A DNA stretch of 64,000 nucleotides from an uncultured Solirubrobacterales bacterium (lineage in GTDB: Bacteria; Actinomycetota; Thermoleophilia; Solirubrobacterales; Solirubrobacteraceae): NCBI GenBank assembly GCA_963723175.1, contig CAVRPO010000008.1, positions 155,921 to 219,920 on the forward strand, given 5' to 3'. Made by a program: the position numbers and the translations under genes. Shown here in pieces: positions 9,925-19,837 of the stretch. Numbering within the stretch: the first letter of the stretch is position 1; every line of letters starts with the position of its first letter. Under the pieces are notes generated by a model. The model searched no databases, had not been told where the DNA came from, and saw nothing but the letters and a program-made list of their open reading frames with translations.

Positions 9925-10995
9925 TCACGAGGCGAGCTTCCTGCGCCCGGCCAGGCGGTAGACGAAGGCGAGCACCTGGGCGACCGCCGCATACAGTTCT
10001 CGAGGGATCATCTGGCCGATCTCGGTCGAGGAGTGAAGCGCCCTGGCAAGCGGCGGATCGCTGATCACCGGCACGTCGTTTTCCTCGGCGACGCGCCTGA
10101 TCTGGGCGGCGATCAGGTCCTTGCCCTTGGCGACCAGCAGCGGCGCCGTGTGCGAGCCGTCGTAGAGCAGCGCGACGGCGTAGTGGGTCGGGTTGGTCAC
10201 GACCACGTCGGCTTTGGGTACGGCGGCCATCATGCGTGCCCGTGCGGCTTGCATCTGGCGGCGGCGCTGCGCCGTTTTGACCTCGGCGGAGATGCCGTAC
10301 TGGCGGGTCTCCTCCTTGACCTCCTGCTTGGTCATCGTCAGCTGCTTCTCGTGGCGGTGGCGCCTCCAGGCGTAGTCGAGCAGCCCGATCACCAGGTAGG
10401 CCATGGCTGCGTGCTGGGCGATCGAGAGGGCGCTTGCGCCCATCAGGGCGCCAAGCGCGGCCGGCTGCATGCCGACCTTGGCCGCCAGCGTGGTCAGGCC
10501 CGGCAGCACGGCAAGGCCGGCCACCAGCCCGACGACGGCGACCTTGGCGATCGCCTTGAGCGCTTCGAAGATCGCGTTGGGCCCAAACAGGTTGCGCGCC
10601 CCCGAGACGGGGTTGATGCGGCGGAAGTCGAGTTTCAGCGCCTGGGCGGTGGGCTTGAAGCCGACCTGTGCGACTCCCCCAAGCAGTCCGGCGAGCAGGC
10701 AGGCGCCGGCCACCGGGGCCACCGCGAGCACGATCGTCGAGAGCGCCGTGTGCATCAGTTCGCTGAGGCCGGCAGCACTCGTGGCATGGGCGGGATTGGC
10801 GACGTCGCGCAGCGTTTCGCGAAAGGTCGTGGCCCCGGCTTCGACGATCTTCGGGCCCATCACGCTGATCGCGAGCAGGCCCGCGATCAAGACGAGCGAG
10901 CCACTGAGGTCGGGGCTGCGCGCGACCTGCCCCTTCTCTCGCGCGCGCTGGCGGTGCTTGGGTGTGGCCTTCTCTGTGCGTTCATCGCGTGCCAT
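9925..10995 (-). CDS. flhB: Flagellar export protein FlhB
   Basis: ERTEKATPK; NPTHYAVAL autocleavage motif; IPRELYAAVAQVLA. Confidence 0.97.
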   Translation of the reverse strand: MARDERTEKATPKHRQRAREKGQVARSPDLSGSLVLIAGLLAISVMGPKIVEAGATTFRETLRDVANPAHATSAAGLSELMHTALSTIVLAVAPVAGACLLAGLLGGVAQVGFKPTAQALKLDFRRINPVSGARNLFGPNAIFEALKAIAKVAVVGLVAGLAVLPGLTTLAAKVGMQPAALGALMGASALSIAQHAAMAYLVIGLLDYAWRRHRHEKQLTMTKQEVKEETRQYGISAEVKTAQRRRQMQAARARMMAAVPKADVVVTNPTHYAVALLYDGSHTAPLLVAKGKDLIAAQIRRVAEENDVPVISDPPLARALHSSTEIGQMIPRELYAAVAQVLAFVYRLAGRRKLAS

Positions 10996-10999
10996 GTCC

Positions 11000-11779
11000 T
11001 TAGGCCACGTGCAGCGCGCCAAGCGCCGCGCCCACGCTCACCGACATCTGTTCTGAGATCCAGTTGGCCGTGAACGGCAGCGCGGCGCCGACGACTAGCA
11101 AGGCCACCGCCACCTTCACCGGGAAGCCGACCGCGAACACGTTCAACTGCGGCACGACGCGCGAGACCACGCCGAAGGCCACGTCGGTTATCAGCAGCGC
11201 GACCAGCACGGGTCCGGCTATCTCTAGCGCCGAGGTGAAGAGGCCGGCGAATGCCTGCTCGGCGCCGCCGATCAGTGAGGACATGCGCGGGCCGCTCGTC
11301 AAGGGGACGAGTTGGAAGGTGCGCCCGAGCCCGCGCAACGTCCACGCTTCGCCGCCGATGACTAGGAAGATCATCGTCCCTACCAGCGAGTAGAAGCGCG
11401 AGATGACGGCGCCGTTCTGGCCGGTCATCGGGTTGATTAGTTCTCCATATGAGAAGCCCGAGACGACGTCGATCATCGCGCCGGCGGTTTCGAGGGCCGC
11501 CAGCAGGATCGAGAGCGTGAAGGCGAAGCCGAAGCCGACGAGCAGCCCCTCGATCACGAGCTCTGCCACGACCAGCGGCTGGCTTGGTATGTGCTGGCCG
11601 TGCAGCGCGATCGGCGTCAGCCCGATCGAGATGCCGACGGCGATGATGCCGCGTACCCGCGGGGGGATCAGCGACGAGGAGAACAGCGGCGCAATGATGA
11701 ACAGCGGCGTGACGCGCGCCAGCACCAGGATGAAGCCGACGAGCTCGCCAGCGGCAAGCTTCCTGATTAGCTCGTTCAC
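11000..11779 (-). CDS. fliR: Flagellar export protein FliR
   Basis: LARVTPLFIIAPLFS; RVVPQLNVFAVGFPVK. Confidence 0.95.
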   Translation of the reverse strand: MNELIRKLAAGELVGFILVLARVTPLFIIAPLFSSSLIPPRVRGIIAVGISIGLTPIALHGQHIPSQPLVVAELVIEGLLVGFGFAFTLSILLAALETAGAMIDVVSGFSYGELINPMTGQNGAVISRFYSLVGTMIFLVIGGEAWTLRGLGRTFQLVPLTSGPRMSSLIGGAEQAFAGLFTSALEIAGPVLVALLITDVAFGVVSRVVPQLNVFAVGFPVKVAVALLVVGAALPFTANWISEQMSVSVGAALGALHVA

Positions 11780-12048
11780 GAACCGACCATCGTCGGGATC
11801 GATGTGTACAAGGCCGTCGTGTAGGCGACTAGCTGGCCCAGCATCCACGGGCCGAGCACGATCATCACGGCCGCGACGCCGATGATCTTGGGGATCAGCG
11901 TGAGGCTCTGCTCCTGAATCTGGGTGACTGCCTGGAAGATGCTGACGGCCAGCCCGGCGACGAGCGCGACGATCAGCAACGGTCCGGCGATCTTCAGCGC
12001 AAGGCTCATGGCCTGAGAGGCGAGGTTGACGACGGTGTCCTGGTTCAT
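11776..12048 (-). CDS. fliQ: Flagellar export protein FliQ
   Basis: GLAVSIFQAVTQIQEQSLTLIPK; GPWML. Confidence 0.96.
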   Translation of the reverse strand: MNQDTVVNLASQAMSLALKIAGPLLIVALVAGLAVSIFQAVTQIQEQSLTLIPKIIGVAAVMIVLGPWMLGQLVAYTTALYTSIPTMVGS

Positions 12049-12776
12049 GGCGTGAGTGCGGTTGGGGTGGGGATGCTCTGAATTGGCGTGTTCAGGTTTA
12101 GGGGTGTGTTTTTGGACATGGGCGGGATCCTTTGGTACCTAATGTGAAAACTCTGCACGAGTGCTCTGATGACCAGATCCCAGCCGTCGACCAGCACGAA
12201 CAGCAGGATCTTGAAAGGCAACGAGATGAAGGTCGGCGGCAGCATGATCATCCCCATGCTCATCAGCGTCGCCGAGACGATCAGGTCGATGATCAAGAAC
12301 GGCAGGAAGATCAAGAAGCCGATTTGAAAAGCGATATTGAGCTCGGAGACGATGAAGGCGGGGATCAGCACCTCGGTCGGGACTTCGGCGCGGGTGTGCG
12401 GCGTCTTTGCTTTGGCGAGGTTGATGAACAGCGCGATGTCCTGCGGTCGTGTCTGGCGGAACATGAATTCGCGCATCGGTTCCTCGGCACGCTCGAGCGC
12501 CGTGATGGTGCTGATCTGGTGGGCCATCAGCGGCTGGACCGACTCTCGCTTGATCGCGGCGACCGTCGGCGCCATCACGAAGATCGTCAGGAACAGCGCG
12601 ATCCCGACAAGCACCTGGTTGGGCGGCTCGGTGGTGGTGCCGATCGCAGAGCGGATGAAGCCGAGCACGATCAGGATGCGGCTGAAGCCGGTGACCGTGA
12701 AGAGGATCGCCGGTACGAGCGTCAGGCCGGCGACGAGCAGCAGGATTTGGACGGAGTTGCTGGAGTTGAGGTTCAA
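12045..12776 (-). CDS. fliP: Flagellar export protein FliP (true stop probably near 12140)
   Basis: PPNQVLVGIALFLT; PAFIVSEL; MGMIMLPPTFISLPFKILLFVLVDGW. Confidence 0.96.
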   Translation of the reverse strand: MNLNSSNSVQILLLVAGLTLVPAILFTVTGFSRILIVLGFIRSAIGTTTEPPNQVLVGIALFLTIFVMAPTVAAIKRESVQPLMAHQISTITALERAEEPMREFMFRQTRPQDIALFINLAKAKTPHTRAEVPTEVLIPAFIVSELNIAFQIGFLIFLPFLIIDLIVSATLMSMGMIMLPPTFISLPFKILLFVLVDGWDLVIRALVQSFHIRYQRIPPMSKNTPLNLNTPIQSIPTPTALTP

Positions 12777-13555
12777 CGACGCACCGTCAGTTCGCGTAGG
12801 CGTTCGATCAGGCTGGAGGACACCGAAGGCATGTGCATCGGGTCGCTTTGCCGCTCGCCGGATTCGAGCGTCCTTGTGGGGCGAGGTCGTTCAGGTGTGC
12901 TCCTTGGAAGCGCCGCCATGGGTGGGGCCAAGGGCCGCTCCGTAGTCACCGGTGGTTTCGGCCAACGGCTGCCCTCATGTGCGCTCAACCAATGCTTGCT
13001 TTCATGCGGGGCCGTCCGAGGATCGTCACCTTGCGAGCTGGGCGGGGTGAGCAGGCCGAGGTTGATGCGGCGTTTGCGCGGTCGCACGGGCTCCTCGGGC
13101 GAGAGCAAGCCCGCTTCGAGCGCTTGCTGCTCGGTATAGCGGTGGATCGGCATCAGGCCGTGCTCGGCGCTACCCAACAGCAGATAGTCGTTGCCGGCTC
13201 TGACAAGGTGCACCGAGCGCCCGGAACTGAGCGACAGAGCTGAGACGCTCGTCAGGCCGGTCGCGGCAACGCGCGGATCGCGCCGACTCTTTACTTGGCG
13301 CAAGATCCAAGAAAGCCCCCAGATCACGCCGAGCACGATCGCCAGGCCGACGATCGTGCGCACGATGCTGGCTCCGCCGGAGCTCGTGTGTGTGCCGGTG
13401 CTGGGCGAGCCGAGGTTCAGCGGCGTCTCTTCGCCAGTGCCCTTCTTGGTGTTGGCCGCTGTGAATGCCGACGCGGGACTGGCCCACACGAGCAGGCAGC
13501 AACACAGCAAGGCGGCCACTTGCGTAGCCGCACGGGGAAGGGTCAGCTTAGTCAT
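12773..13555 (-). CDS. fliO: Flagellar biosynthesis protein FliO/FliZ
   Basis: Single TM, then SLSSGRSVHLVRAGNDYLLLGSAEHG; immediately upstream of fliP. Confidence 0.85.
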   Translation of the reverse strand: MTKLTLPRAATQVAALLCCCLLVWASPASAFTAANTKKGTGEETPLNLGSPSTGTHTSSGGASIVRTIVGLAIVLGVIWGLSWILRQVKSRRDPRVAATGLTSVSALSLSSGRSVHLVRAGNDYLLLGSAEHGLMPIHRYTEQQALEAGLLSPEEPVRPRKRRINLGLLTPPSSQGDDPRTAPHESKHWLSAHEGSRWPKPPVTTERPLAPPMAALPRSTPERPRPTRTLESGERQSDPMHMPSVSSSLIERLRELTVRR

Positions 13556-13588
13556 CGAGGGACGACTCCGAGGAAGAGTCGCCCCCGG

Positions 13589-13616
13589 TTATCGGCCCGC
13601 GGGGGCAGGTCTTGAG
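13589..13616 (-). promoter_or_regulatory. Sigma28 promoter of fliO-fliP-fliQ-fliR-flhB
   Basis: CTCAAG-N14-GCCGATAA. Confidence 0.8.
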
Positions 13617-15044
13617 CTAGACCAGCTCGGAGACCTGCACGCCCCAGCCGCCGTCTGGCGTGACTACGAGCGCGCCGTTGGCAAAGCACAGCCCGTTGAC
13701 GAACAGCTCGACGGGTGCCTCGGCGGCTTGATCGAGCTCAACGAGCGCGCCCGGCGCGAGCTCGACGGCGTCCTTGAGTGAGAGGTGCGTTCGTCCCAGC
13801 TCGGCCCATACGCGCACGAAGATGCTGCGCAATATCGCCCGGCCCTCGGCGCTCTCGCCCGTCCCGTCCACGTGCGCCCGCGCACGCTCGAGCTCGGCTC
13901 GACCAAGCTTGGCGTAAGTGTCGGCGCGCGTCGGCGTATCGCTTGTGGAGTGCAGCTTGATCGCCCGTCGTGTCCCAGAGCGTCCGGGCTGCCCGCGGCC
14001 GAGCAGCACGCCCTCGGCGAACAGCCACACGCCGTCCTCGGCGCGGCCCTGTAGTTCGGTGAGCGTGCCTGGGACAAGTTTGAGCATCTGCTCGATCGGC
14101 ATCTGCGCCGAGCCGACCTCGGCGCGCAGCAGCACCTGGGCGCGGGCAAGGCCGCGCCGCAGTGCATCGGGATCGCGCACGTCGCCGGCGAGTGGTGGAC
14201 CTGCGCCGCCGCGGATGCTCTCGGCGACCGGCTCGACCGCCGCCCAGGGAATCAGCAAGGACATCGTGCCCGGCTGACCGTCGATCCTGCTCGTGAGCGT
14301 GACCGCGAAAGTGGGCTCGCCGACCGGCGCAAAGACGCCGGCGTCGGCCTCCAAATCGACCTCGCCGCGCGTCAGTTGCGGACCGCCGAGATCGCCCCAG
14401 GCGGTTGACAGCTCGGCGACGATCGCATCGAACAGGCTTCGTGCGAGTACCCAGTCGATGTCGGTTAGGTGGCGCTCCGGCGGCGCCTGCGCTGCCTGGC
14501 CGCCCAGCAGGCATTCGAGCGCTTGCAGTAGCAGCGGTTGCTCGACGCTGAGCAGCATCTGACGCTCGATCGTCTTGGCCTCGACCGCGACCGCGACGGC
14601 GTCCGCGGCCAACCGTGCCTTGGCGGCGGCCCAGGTGTGCTGGTCGACCTCGGCCACACTGAACTCGACTTCCACGGCCAGCTCGTTCGTCAACCGGCCC
14701 GACAGTGCCTCGCAGAACTGCTCGATCGCGCCCGAGATGCGGCGTCTGATCTCGGTCGTGAACTTGGTCGGCTGTGAGAAGTCGAGCGTGCGTATACGCC
14801 CGCCGGCTTGGCCGCCCTGCTCGGCGGCGTCTGGAGTGCTAGCCGGTGCGTCCGTCTGTCCAGCCTGCGTGCCGTCGAGCTCACCCTTGGCGGCCCCGGC
14901 GCGAGTCTTACCGGCGGCTGCCCCGGCCTTGGCGGCCGACGCGCGCTTCTTGGAGGCGGCCGACTCGCCTATGTCTGAGGGCGCGGGCTTCTTGGAGCTT
15001 TGTGGCTCCTCCTTGGAAGCGCCGGCGCGGCTCTTCGGGCTCAA
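13617..15044 (-). CDS. fliM: Flagellar motor switch protein FliM-like with two C-terminal SPOA domains
   Basis: RTLDFSQPTKF; CheC-like middle (LLGG...RHLTDID); two SPOA repeats (LRAEVGSAQM..., VWAELGRTHL...); RBS AGAGGAG before TTG. Confidence 0.85.
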   Translation of the reverse strand: MSPKSRAGASKEEPQSSKKPAPSDIGESAASKKRASAAKAGAAAGKTRAGAAKGELDGTQAGQTDAPASTPDAAEQGGQAGGRIRTLDFSQPTKFTTEIRRRISGAIEQFCEALSGRLTNELAVEVEFSVAEVDQHTWAAAKARLAADAVAVAVEAKTIERQMLLSVEQPLLLQALECLLGGQAAQAPPERHLTDIDWVLARSLFDAIVAELSTAWGDLGGPQLTRGEVDLEADAGVFAPVGEPTFAVTLTSRIDGQPGTMSLLIPWAAVEPVAESIRGGAGPPLAGDVRDPDALRRGLARAQVLLRAEVGSAQMPIEQMLKLVPGTLTELQGRAEDGVWLFAEGVLLGRGQPGRSGTRRAIKLHSTSDTPTRADTYAKLGRAELERARAHVDGTGESAEGRAILRSIFVRVWAELGRTHLSLKDAVELAPGALVELDQAAEAPVELFVNGLCFANGALVVTPDGGWGVQVSELV

Positions 15045-15066
15045 CTGTGCTCCTCTGTGTTCTAAG

Positions 15067-15435
15067 TCAGCTGTTGGCGGCCACGGCCTCGCTTGCCGTG
15101 GCCTCGCCGGTTCCCGTGGAGGCTGAAATCTGATTGCTCTCAAGAATCTCGGTGACCCGCAGACCGTAGCGCTCGTCCATGACGATCACCTCGCCGCGGG
15201 CGATCGCCGTGCCGTTGACCAGCAGATCGGCCGCCTCGCCGGCCTGACGCTCGAGCGCCACCACAGAGCCGACGCGCAGGTCGAGCGTCTCGCCGACGGT
15301 CATGTGCGTGCGGCCGATCTCTACGCTCAACTCCATCGGTATGTCGCTGAGGCGGCTCAGGTCGGGATCGGAGGGCGAGGCTCCATCTGAGGACGGGCCC
15401 TGATCGAACTGCTCGTACTCGATTGCCTCAGCCAC
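15067..15435 (-). CDS. fliN: Flagellar motor switch protein FliN
   Basis: DIPMELSVEIGRT...GSVVALERQAGE...NGTAIARGEVIVMDERYGLRVTEI. Confidence 0.94.
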   Translation of the reverse strand: MAEAIEYEQFDQGPSSDGASPSDPDLSRLSDIPMELSVEIGRTHMTVGETLDLRVGSVVALERQAGEAADLLVNGTAIARGEVIVMDERYGLRVTEILESNQISASTGTGEATASEAVAANS

Positions 15436-15443
15436 TTTGCCTC

Positions 15444-15881
15444 CTATTGAACTGTGAAATCCGGAAAGAGTACTTCTTCGACCTTGACGTCTGTGTCTTG
15501 CTGAATCGTGTGGAGGATCTGGTGCTTGATCGTCTCTCGGCCATGACTGCTTATGAGCGTTTCGCCGCTCTGGCCGGTCACGGCGTTCGTCACGATTTCG
15601 CGCACGATCGCTTCCTCGGGCAGAGTACCGGGCCCACTTTCGGAACCGGAGGAGCTGCCCGTCGCACTGGCTCCGTCGCTCTGTCCGGGCGCCAGCTCGA
15701 GCGCCACGCTGATCTTGGCATAGCGCCCGTCGCTGAGGTTGAGCAGGAAGGACTGGGGCATCACGTAGATGGTGCCCTTGACCTTCTCCTTAACGACTGG
15801 CTTGGCCTTGGTCATCGTGTAGCCGCCGAACAACACGATCGGGACGACGAGAGCAAGCAGGATCTTCTTGTTTTTGAGCAT
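15444..15881 (-). CDS. fliL: Flagellar basal-body protein FliL
   Basis: N-terminal TM; FLLNLSDGRY; VEEVLFPDFTVQ end. Confidence 0.9.
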   Translation of the reverse strand: MLKNKKILLALVVPIVLFGGYTMTKAKPVVKEKVKGTIYVMPQSFLLNLSDGRYAKISVALELAPGQSDGASATGSSSGSESGPGTLPEEAIVREIVTNAVTGQSGETLISSHGRETIKHQILHTIQQDTDVKVEEVLFPDFTVQ

Positions 15882-15891
15882 GGTCGCTTTC

Positions 15892-16770
15892 CTAAGGTTC
15901 GCTGCTGGTGTGGCTTTCGCCTTCTCCGCCGTAGATGCGGCGCATCACGATCTCCACGCGTCGATTGTGGGCGCGTCCGGTCGAGGTGGCGTTGCTGGCC
16001 ACCGGCTCCTGGTCAGCGTTGCCGCTCGCCGTCAGTCTGTGCGCGGCTACTCCGTGTTCGACCAGGAATTCCACGACGGCGCTGGCGCGGGCGGTCGAGA
16101 GCTCCCAGTTGCTTGCGAACTGGGAGCTGTGGATTGGGACGTCGTCGGTGTTGCCTTCGACGCTGATCGGATGCGTTTCGTCTATGTTCAGCAGCTGGCC
16201 AATCTCCCCCAGCAGTGAGTAGGACTGAGCGTCGAGCGTCGCCTGACCGGAGGGAAACAGCAGATCGTCGGTGAGCACCTTGATGACCAGTCCGCGCGGT
16301 TCGATCGAGGTCTGCACGCTTGAGCTGAAGCCGTGCGACTTGGCGTAAGCGTCCAGCTCGTGCTTTATTTGGGCGAACTCGTTGTTCTCGCGCTGGGCGG
16401 GCGTTGCCTGCTGGGCGACTGCCGTGGCGCTCTGCGTGCCGTGCGCGTTGCTGTTCTGCAGACTTGCGGCGCCCTGCGTGGTAACCGGCTCGATCGCCTG
16501 CAGTTCGACGCTTGCGGGGACCTGGCTCGAGTTGGCGGTTGAGCCCTGCTGGGCGACTGCCTTGCCGCCGGGAAGGATGTTGCCTGAGAAGGCGGCCTTC
16601 AGCGACTGCTGCAGGGTTTGGTACTTGGAGATATTGACCGAGGAGATGGAGAAGAGGACCATGAACAGCGCCATCAGCAGCGTGATCATGTCCGCGTAGG
16701 TCAGCAGCCAACGCTCCTCGCTCTCCTCGCTGTGAGCTCCACCTCGATGGCGCCCGCGCCCGCGAGCCAT
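15892..16770 (-). CDS. motB: Flagellar stator MotB (probably H+-coupled)
   Basis: WLLTYADMITLLMALFMVLFS; OmpA-like EGNTDDVPI...NWELSTARA...NRRVEI. Confidence 0.96.
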   Translation of the reverse strand: MARGRGRHRGGAHSEESEERWLLTYADMITLLMALFMVLFSISSVNISKYQTLQQSLKAAFSGNILPGGKAVAQQGSTANSSQVPASVELQAIEPVTTQGAASLQNSNAHGTQSATAVAQQATPAQRENNEFAQIKHELDAYAKSHGFSSSVQTSIEPRGLVIKVLTDDLLFPSGQATLDAQSYSLLGEIGQLLNIDETHPISVEGNTDDVPIHSSQFASNWELSTARASAVVEFLVEHGVAAHRLTASGNADQEPVASNATSTGRAHNRRVEIVMRRIYGGEGESHTSSEP

Positions 16771-16772
16771 GC

Positions 16773-17579
16773 TCAGGCCGCCTTGGACTCGACGCCCAGC
16801 TGCGTGACCGACTGCTCGTCGTCGTCTGAGCGCTCGGCGGGCGGCACGTAGGACATCAGCTTTTCGGAGACCAGGCGCGGGTTGTCGCCTGCCTGGATCG
16901 AGAGGATTCCCTCGACGGTCATCATGCGTAGCTCGACCTCTTCGGCGGAGATCGCCTTCAAGCGGTTGGCGATCGGCAGGAAGATCACGTTTGCCGAGCC
17001 AACGCCCATCAGCGTGGCGATGAAGGCCGCGGAGATCGACGGTCCGAGTGTGGAGGGCGCCGCCAAGTTCTGCAGCACGTGCACCAAACCGAGGACGGTG
17101 CCGATGATTCCCATCGTCGGCGCGAAGCCGCCGGCCTTCTCAAACGGTGAGGCGCCGACGGCGTGGCGGGCCGCCATGCCGTCAACCTCGGCCTCGAGGA
17201 TCGTGTGCACCATCTCCGGGTCGGTTCCGTCGACGACCAACTGCAGGGCGTTGCGAGTAAAGGGGTCCTCGATCTCGGGCAGTTGGGCATCAAGCGCGAG
17301 CAGTCCTTCGCGGCGAGCTTGGTCGGCCAGGCCGACCAGCTGATCGAGGCGCCCGCGCACGTCGGGTGGTTCGGCCGAGATGACGAGCTTGTAGAGGCTC
17401 GGCACGCGCTTCATGACATCCATGCCGGTGCTGGCCAGCGTAACGCCGAAGGTGCCGCCGATGATGATCATCAGTGCCGGAATGTTGATGAAGGACGCGG
17501 GACTCGTCCCATCCATCATTGAGCTGAGCAAGAGCGCGCCGAAGGCCGCACCAATCCCGATGGCCGTTGAAGCTTTCAT
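16773..17579 (-). CDS. motA: Flagellar stator MotA
   Basis: ARREGLLAL; GGFAPTMGIIGTVLGL; GILSIQAGDNP. Confidence 0.96.
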   Translation of the reverse strand: MKASTAIGIGAAFGALLLSSMMDGTSPASFINIPALMIIIGGTFGVTLASTGMDVMKRVPSLYKLVISAEPPDVRGRLDQLVGLADQARREGLLALDAQLPEIEDPFTRNALQLVVDGTDPEMVHTILEAEVDGMAARHAVGASPFEKAGGFAPTMGIIGTVLGLVHVLQNLAAPSTLGPSISAAFIATLMGVGSANVIFLPIANRLKAISAEEVELRMMTVEGILSIQAGDNPRLVSEKLMSYVPPAERSDDDEQSVTQLGVESKAA

Positions 17580-17588
17580 TTGTTCAAC

Positions 17589-17616
17589 TCATCGGCGCTG
17601 CGGAAAAATCCTTGAC
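17589..17616 (-). promoter_or_regulatory. Sigma28 promoter of motA
   Basis: GTCAAG-N14-GCCGATGA, 9 nt before the ATG. Confidence 0.75.
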
Positions 17617-17710
17617 AGTTGGCCGATGGGCCTGCTCTGGACGCGGTAAACGCGCGAAACGCCGGAGGGGCCGGTCTTGTCCGTCAACGCCTGTCTGCGG
17701 TGCGAGACTG

Positions 17711-17995
17711 CTACACCGGGTCGTCTTCGACCGCGCTGAGCCGGCCCTGCTCGCGTGCGCCGGCGGAGGGGCCTGGCTGGCGCGGTGGCCGGCGGTTGCG
17801 CAGCGCCTCGCTGAGCACTCCGGCCCGATAGGCATGCAGGGCGGCGGCGACCTCCTCAGGCGTCTCGGCCACCACCACCTTCGCGCCCGTGGCGAGCGTG
17901 ATGACCGTGTCGGGGGTCGATTCGACGGTCACGACCATGTCCGGATTCAGTTGGAAGGGCTCGTCGCTGTGGCCGAGCCGGTTCAGCGTGATCAT
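17711..17995 (-). CDS. flbD: FlbD/SwrD family flagellar protein
   Basis: MITLNRLG...FQLNPDMVVTVESTPDTVITLATGAKVVVAETPEEV. Confidence 0.9.
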   Translation of the reverse strand: MITLNRLGHSDEPFQLNPDMVVTVESTPDTVITLATGAKVVVAETPEEVAAALHAYRAGVLSEALRNRRPPRQPGPSAGAREQGRLSAVEDDPV

Positions 17996-18197
17996 CTCCA
18001 CCTCCCTCGCGTGAAAACATCGAAATGCGCTTGCGCGAAAAGCCTAGAAAATTTGAGCGAGTATCTAAAGCTTAGGTACCTAAATATCTATCCCAGTACC
18101 ACTTTAGGGGAGCCTGGGCGTGCAGTGCGTTTTGGAATACACAGTTGTACCCGCCAAGACGCATGAGCGGTTGGGGCGATCGGGGTCGAAAATAGCG

Positions 18198-18237
18198 ATG
18201 GGATGGGACAACGCAGGGGCGCGCCGTCCCATCCCAT
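18198..18237 (-). terminator. Terminator-like hairpin after the hook gene
   Basis: ATGGGATGGGAC...GTCCCATCCCAT 12-bp stem followed by CGCTATTTT on the minus strand. Confidence 0.65.
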
Positions 18238-18293
18238 GCTCCTCGGAGTTGTCCGCTCTACTTCGACCTCCTTGGTCGCGCTCTAAAGACCGG

Positions 18294-19193
18294 CTATTGC
18301 ACCATCGTGACCAGCGTTCCGAGCATTTCGTTTGCCGTCGAAATCACGCGCGAGTTGGCCTGATAGCCACGCTCAGCCGTGATCATGTTGGTCATCTCGG
18401 TGGCAAGATCGACGTTCGACATCTCCAGCTCCCCGCCGATCGTCGAGCCGAAGCCCGGGGTGTTGGGGGTGCCGACGATCGGCGCTCCGGAATTAGCGGT
18501 TTGCCCCCACAGCGAGCCGCCGAGACGTTCCAGTCCCGCTTCGTTGGGGAATGTGGCAAGCGATATGTAGCCGGCTGTGACGCGCTGCTGATAGGTCTTG
18601 GATTCGGGGTTCTCGTCGGTGTAGGCCACGGACCCGTCGGGCCCGATCGACACGTTGCTCGATCCCGGCGGAACATGGATATAGCTTTCTTCTTTGCCCG
18701 CCGCGTAAGTGGTGCCGGCTTCGGTTTCGGTCGCCACGGCGTTGCGGCCGATCACATATTCACCGGCTTCGGTGGTGAGGAACCCTTGTGAGTTGGTCGT
18801 CAGGTCACCGGCTCGTGTGTAGTTGACTTTGGCTGGCAAACCCGTCGTGTACGGTTCCTTGGCCGGCGGTGTGCCAGCGCCCACGCGCAGGAAGCCGCTG
18901 CCCTCGATCGCTACGTCCAGCGGGTTGTTGGTGGTCTGAAAGGAGCCCTCTGTCATTTCGTTGCGGGTGGCGGCGACCTGCACCCCGAGCCCGATTTGCA
19001 CGGGATTGGAACCGCCGTTGGTGGCTGTCGGTCCGGATGCTCCTCGCATCACTTGTGTCAGCGATTCGGAGAACGTGACACTGGAGGCCTTGTAGCCCAC
19101 GGTGTTGACGTTCGCCAGGTCGTTCGCCGTCTCGTTCAGCAGCGCCTGGTTTGCGTCCAGGCCGCTGATCGCGGCATACATTCCAGTCATCAT
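18294..19193 (-). CDS. flgE: Flagellar hook protein FlgE (short form)
   Basis: AISGL...NDLANVNTVGYK; LDVAIEGSGF; YTRAGD; LEMSNVDLATEMTNMITAERGYQANSRVI; lies after flgD. Confidence 0.88.
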   Translation of the reverse strand: MMTGMYAAISGLDANQALLNETANDLANVNTVGYKASSVTFSESLTQVMRGASGPTATNGGSNPVQIGLGVQVAATRNEMTEGSFQTTNNPLDVAIEGSGFLRVGAGTPPAKEPYTTGLPAKVNYTRAGDLTTNSQGFLTTEAGEYVIGRNAVATETEAGTTYAAGKEESYIHVPPGSSNVSIGPDGSVAYTDENPESKTYQQRVTAGYISLATFPNEAGLERLGGSLWGQTANSGAPIVGTPNTPGFGSTIGGELEMSNVDLATEMTNMITAERGYQANSRVISTANEMLGTLVTMVQ

Positions 19194-19390
19194 CGTGACT
19201 GCCCTTCCTTTCGCGGCCCCCTCTGTGAGGTCCAGCCGTTGTTGTGTAGCCGCTCCGCGTGCGCGGTACGGCCGTGTCAAAGTGTGTTGTCCAGCCGCTG
19301 CGCTCACGTGCTCACGGCGTCGTAGATTCGTCCTCTAGTCGTCTCCTCATCGCATCACGACACGTGCGATCTCCTCTCCTCTCGCGGCGG

Positions 19391-19837
19391 TCATGCGATC
19401 ACCGCACTGTCGATGTTGGTGAACACGTTGTCTTTCATGTGCTCGGATCCCACGGCCGTGATGACCGTGCGGTTGCTGACAGACACCACGAAGGCGGTGC
19501 TGTCGACAAGAACCAGTGAGTCGCGCGAGCCCTTGCTCGCGGCGCGCGTCACACCTTCTGAGAGTCGCCCGAGCGTCGTCGCGTTTAGCTCGATGCCGCG
19601 ACGTTGCACGCGGGCAAGCGCGTGGCGGGAGAACTGCAGCGGCTGGGAGTCACCGGCCTGCTCGAGCGCCTCGGCGAAGGACTGGCCGGGAGCGGTGTTG
19701 GCTGTGCCGCTGGCCGCGCTCTTGCGTGTGGCGCCGTCGACGGGCTTTGCTGTGCCAGGGGTGGGGCTGGTGGCTGGGGTCGGCGGGGTGCCCAACCCCC
19801 CCGGCGGGATCAGCGCTGGGTTTGAGATCGGGTTCAT
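19391..19837 (-). CDS. Flagellar operon protein (TIGR02530-like)
   Basis: LQFSRHALARVQRRGI...KGSRDSLVL...VVSVSNRTVITA...NVFTNIDSAVI. Confidence 0.88.
   Translation of the reverse strand: MNPISNPALIPPGGLGTPPTPATSPTPGTAKPVDGATRKSAASGTANTAPGQSFAEALEQAGDSQPLQFSRHALARVQRRGIELNATTLGRLSEGVTRAASKGSRDSLVLVDSTAFVVSVSNRTVITAVGSEHMKDNVFTNIDSAVIA

Noticed and set aside
18008-18020. parS-like half site CGCGTGAAAACAT
   Set aside because: Not palindromic, has an extra base and is far from the ParB gene
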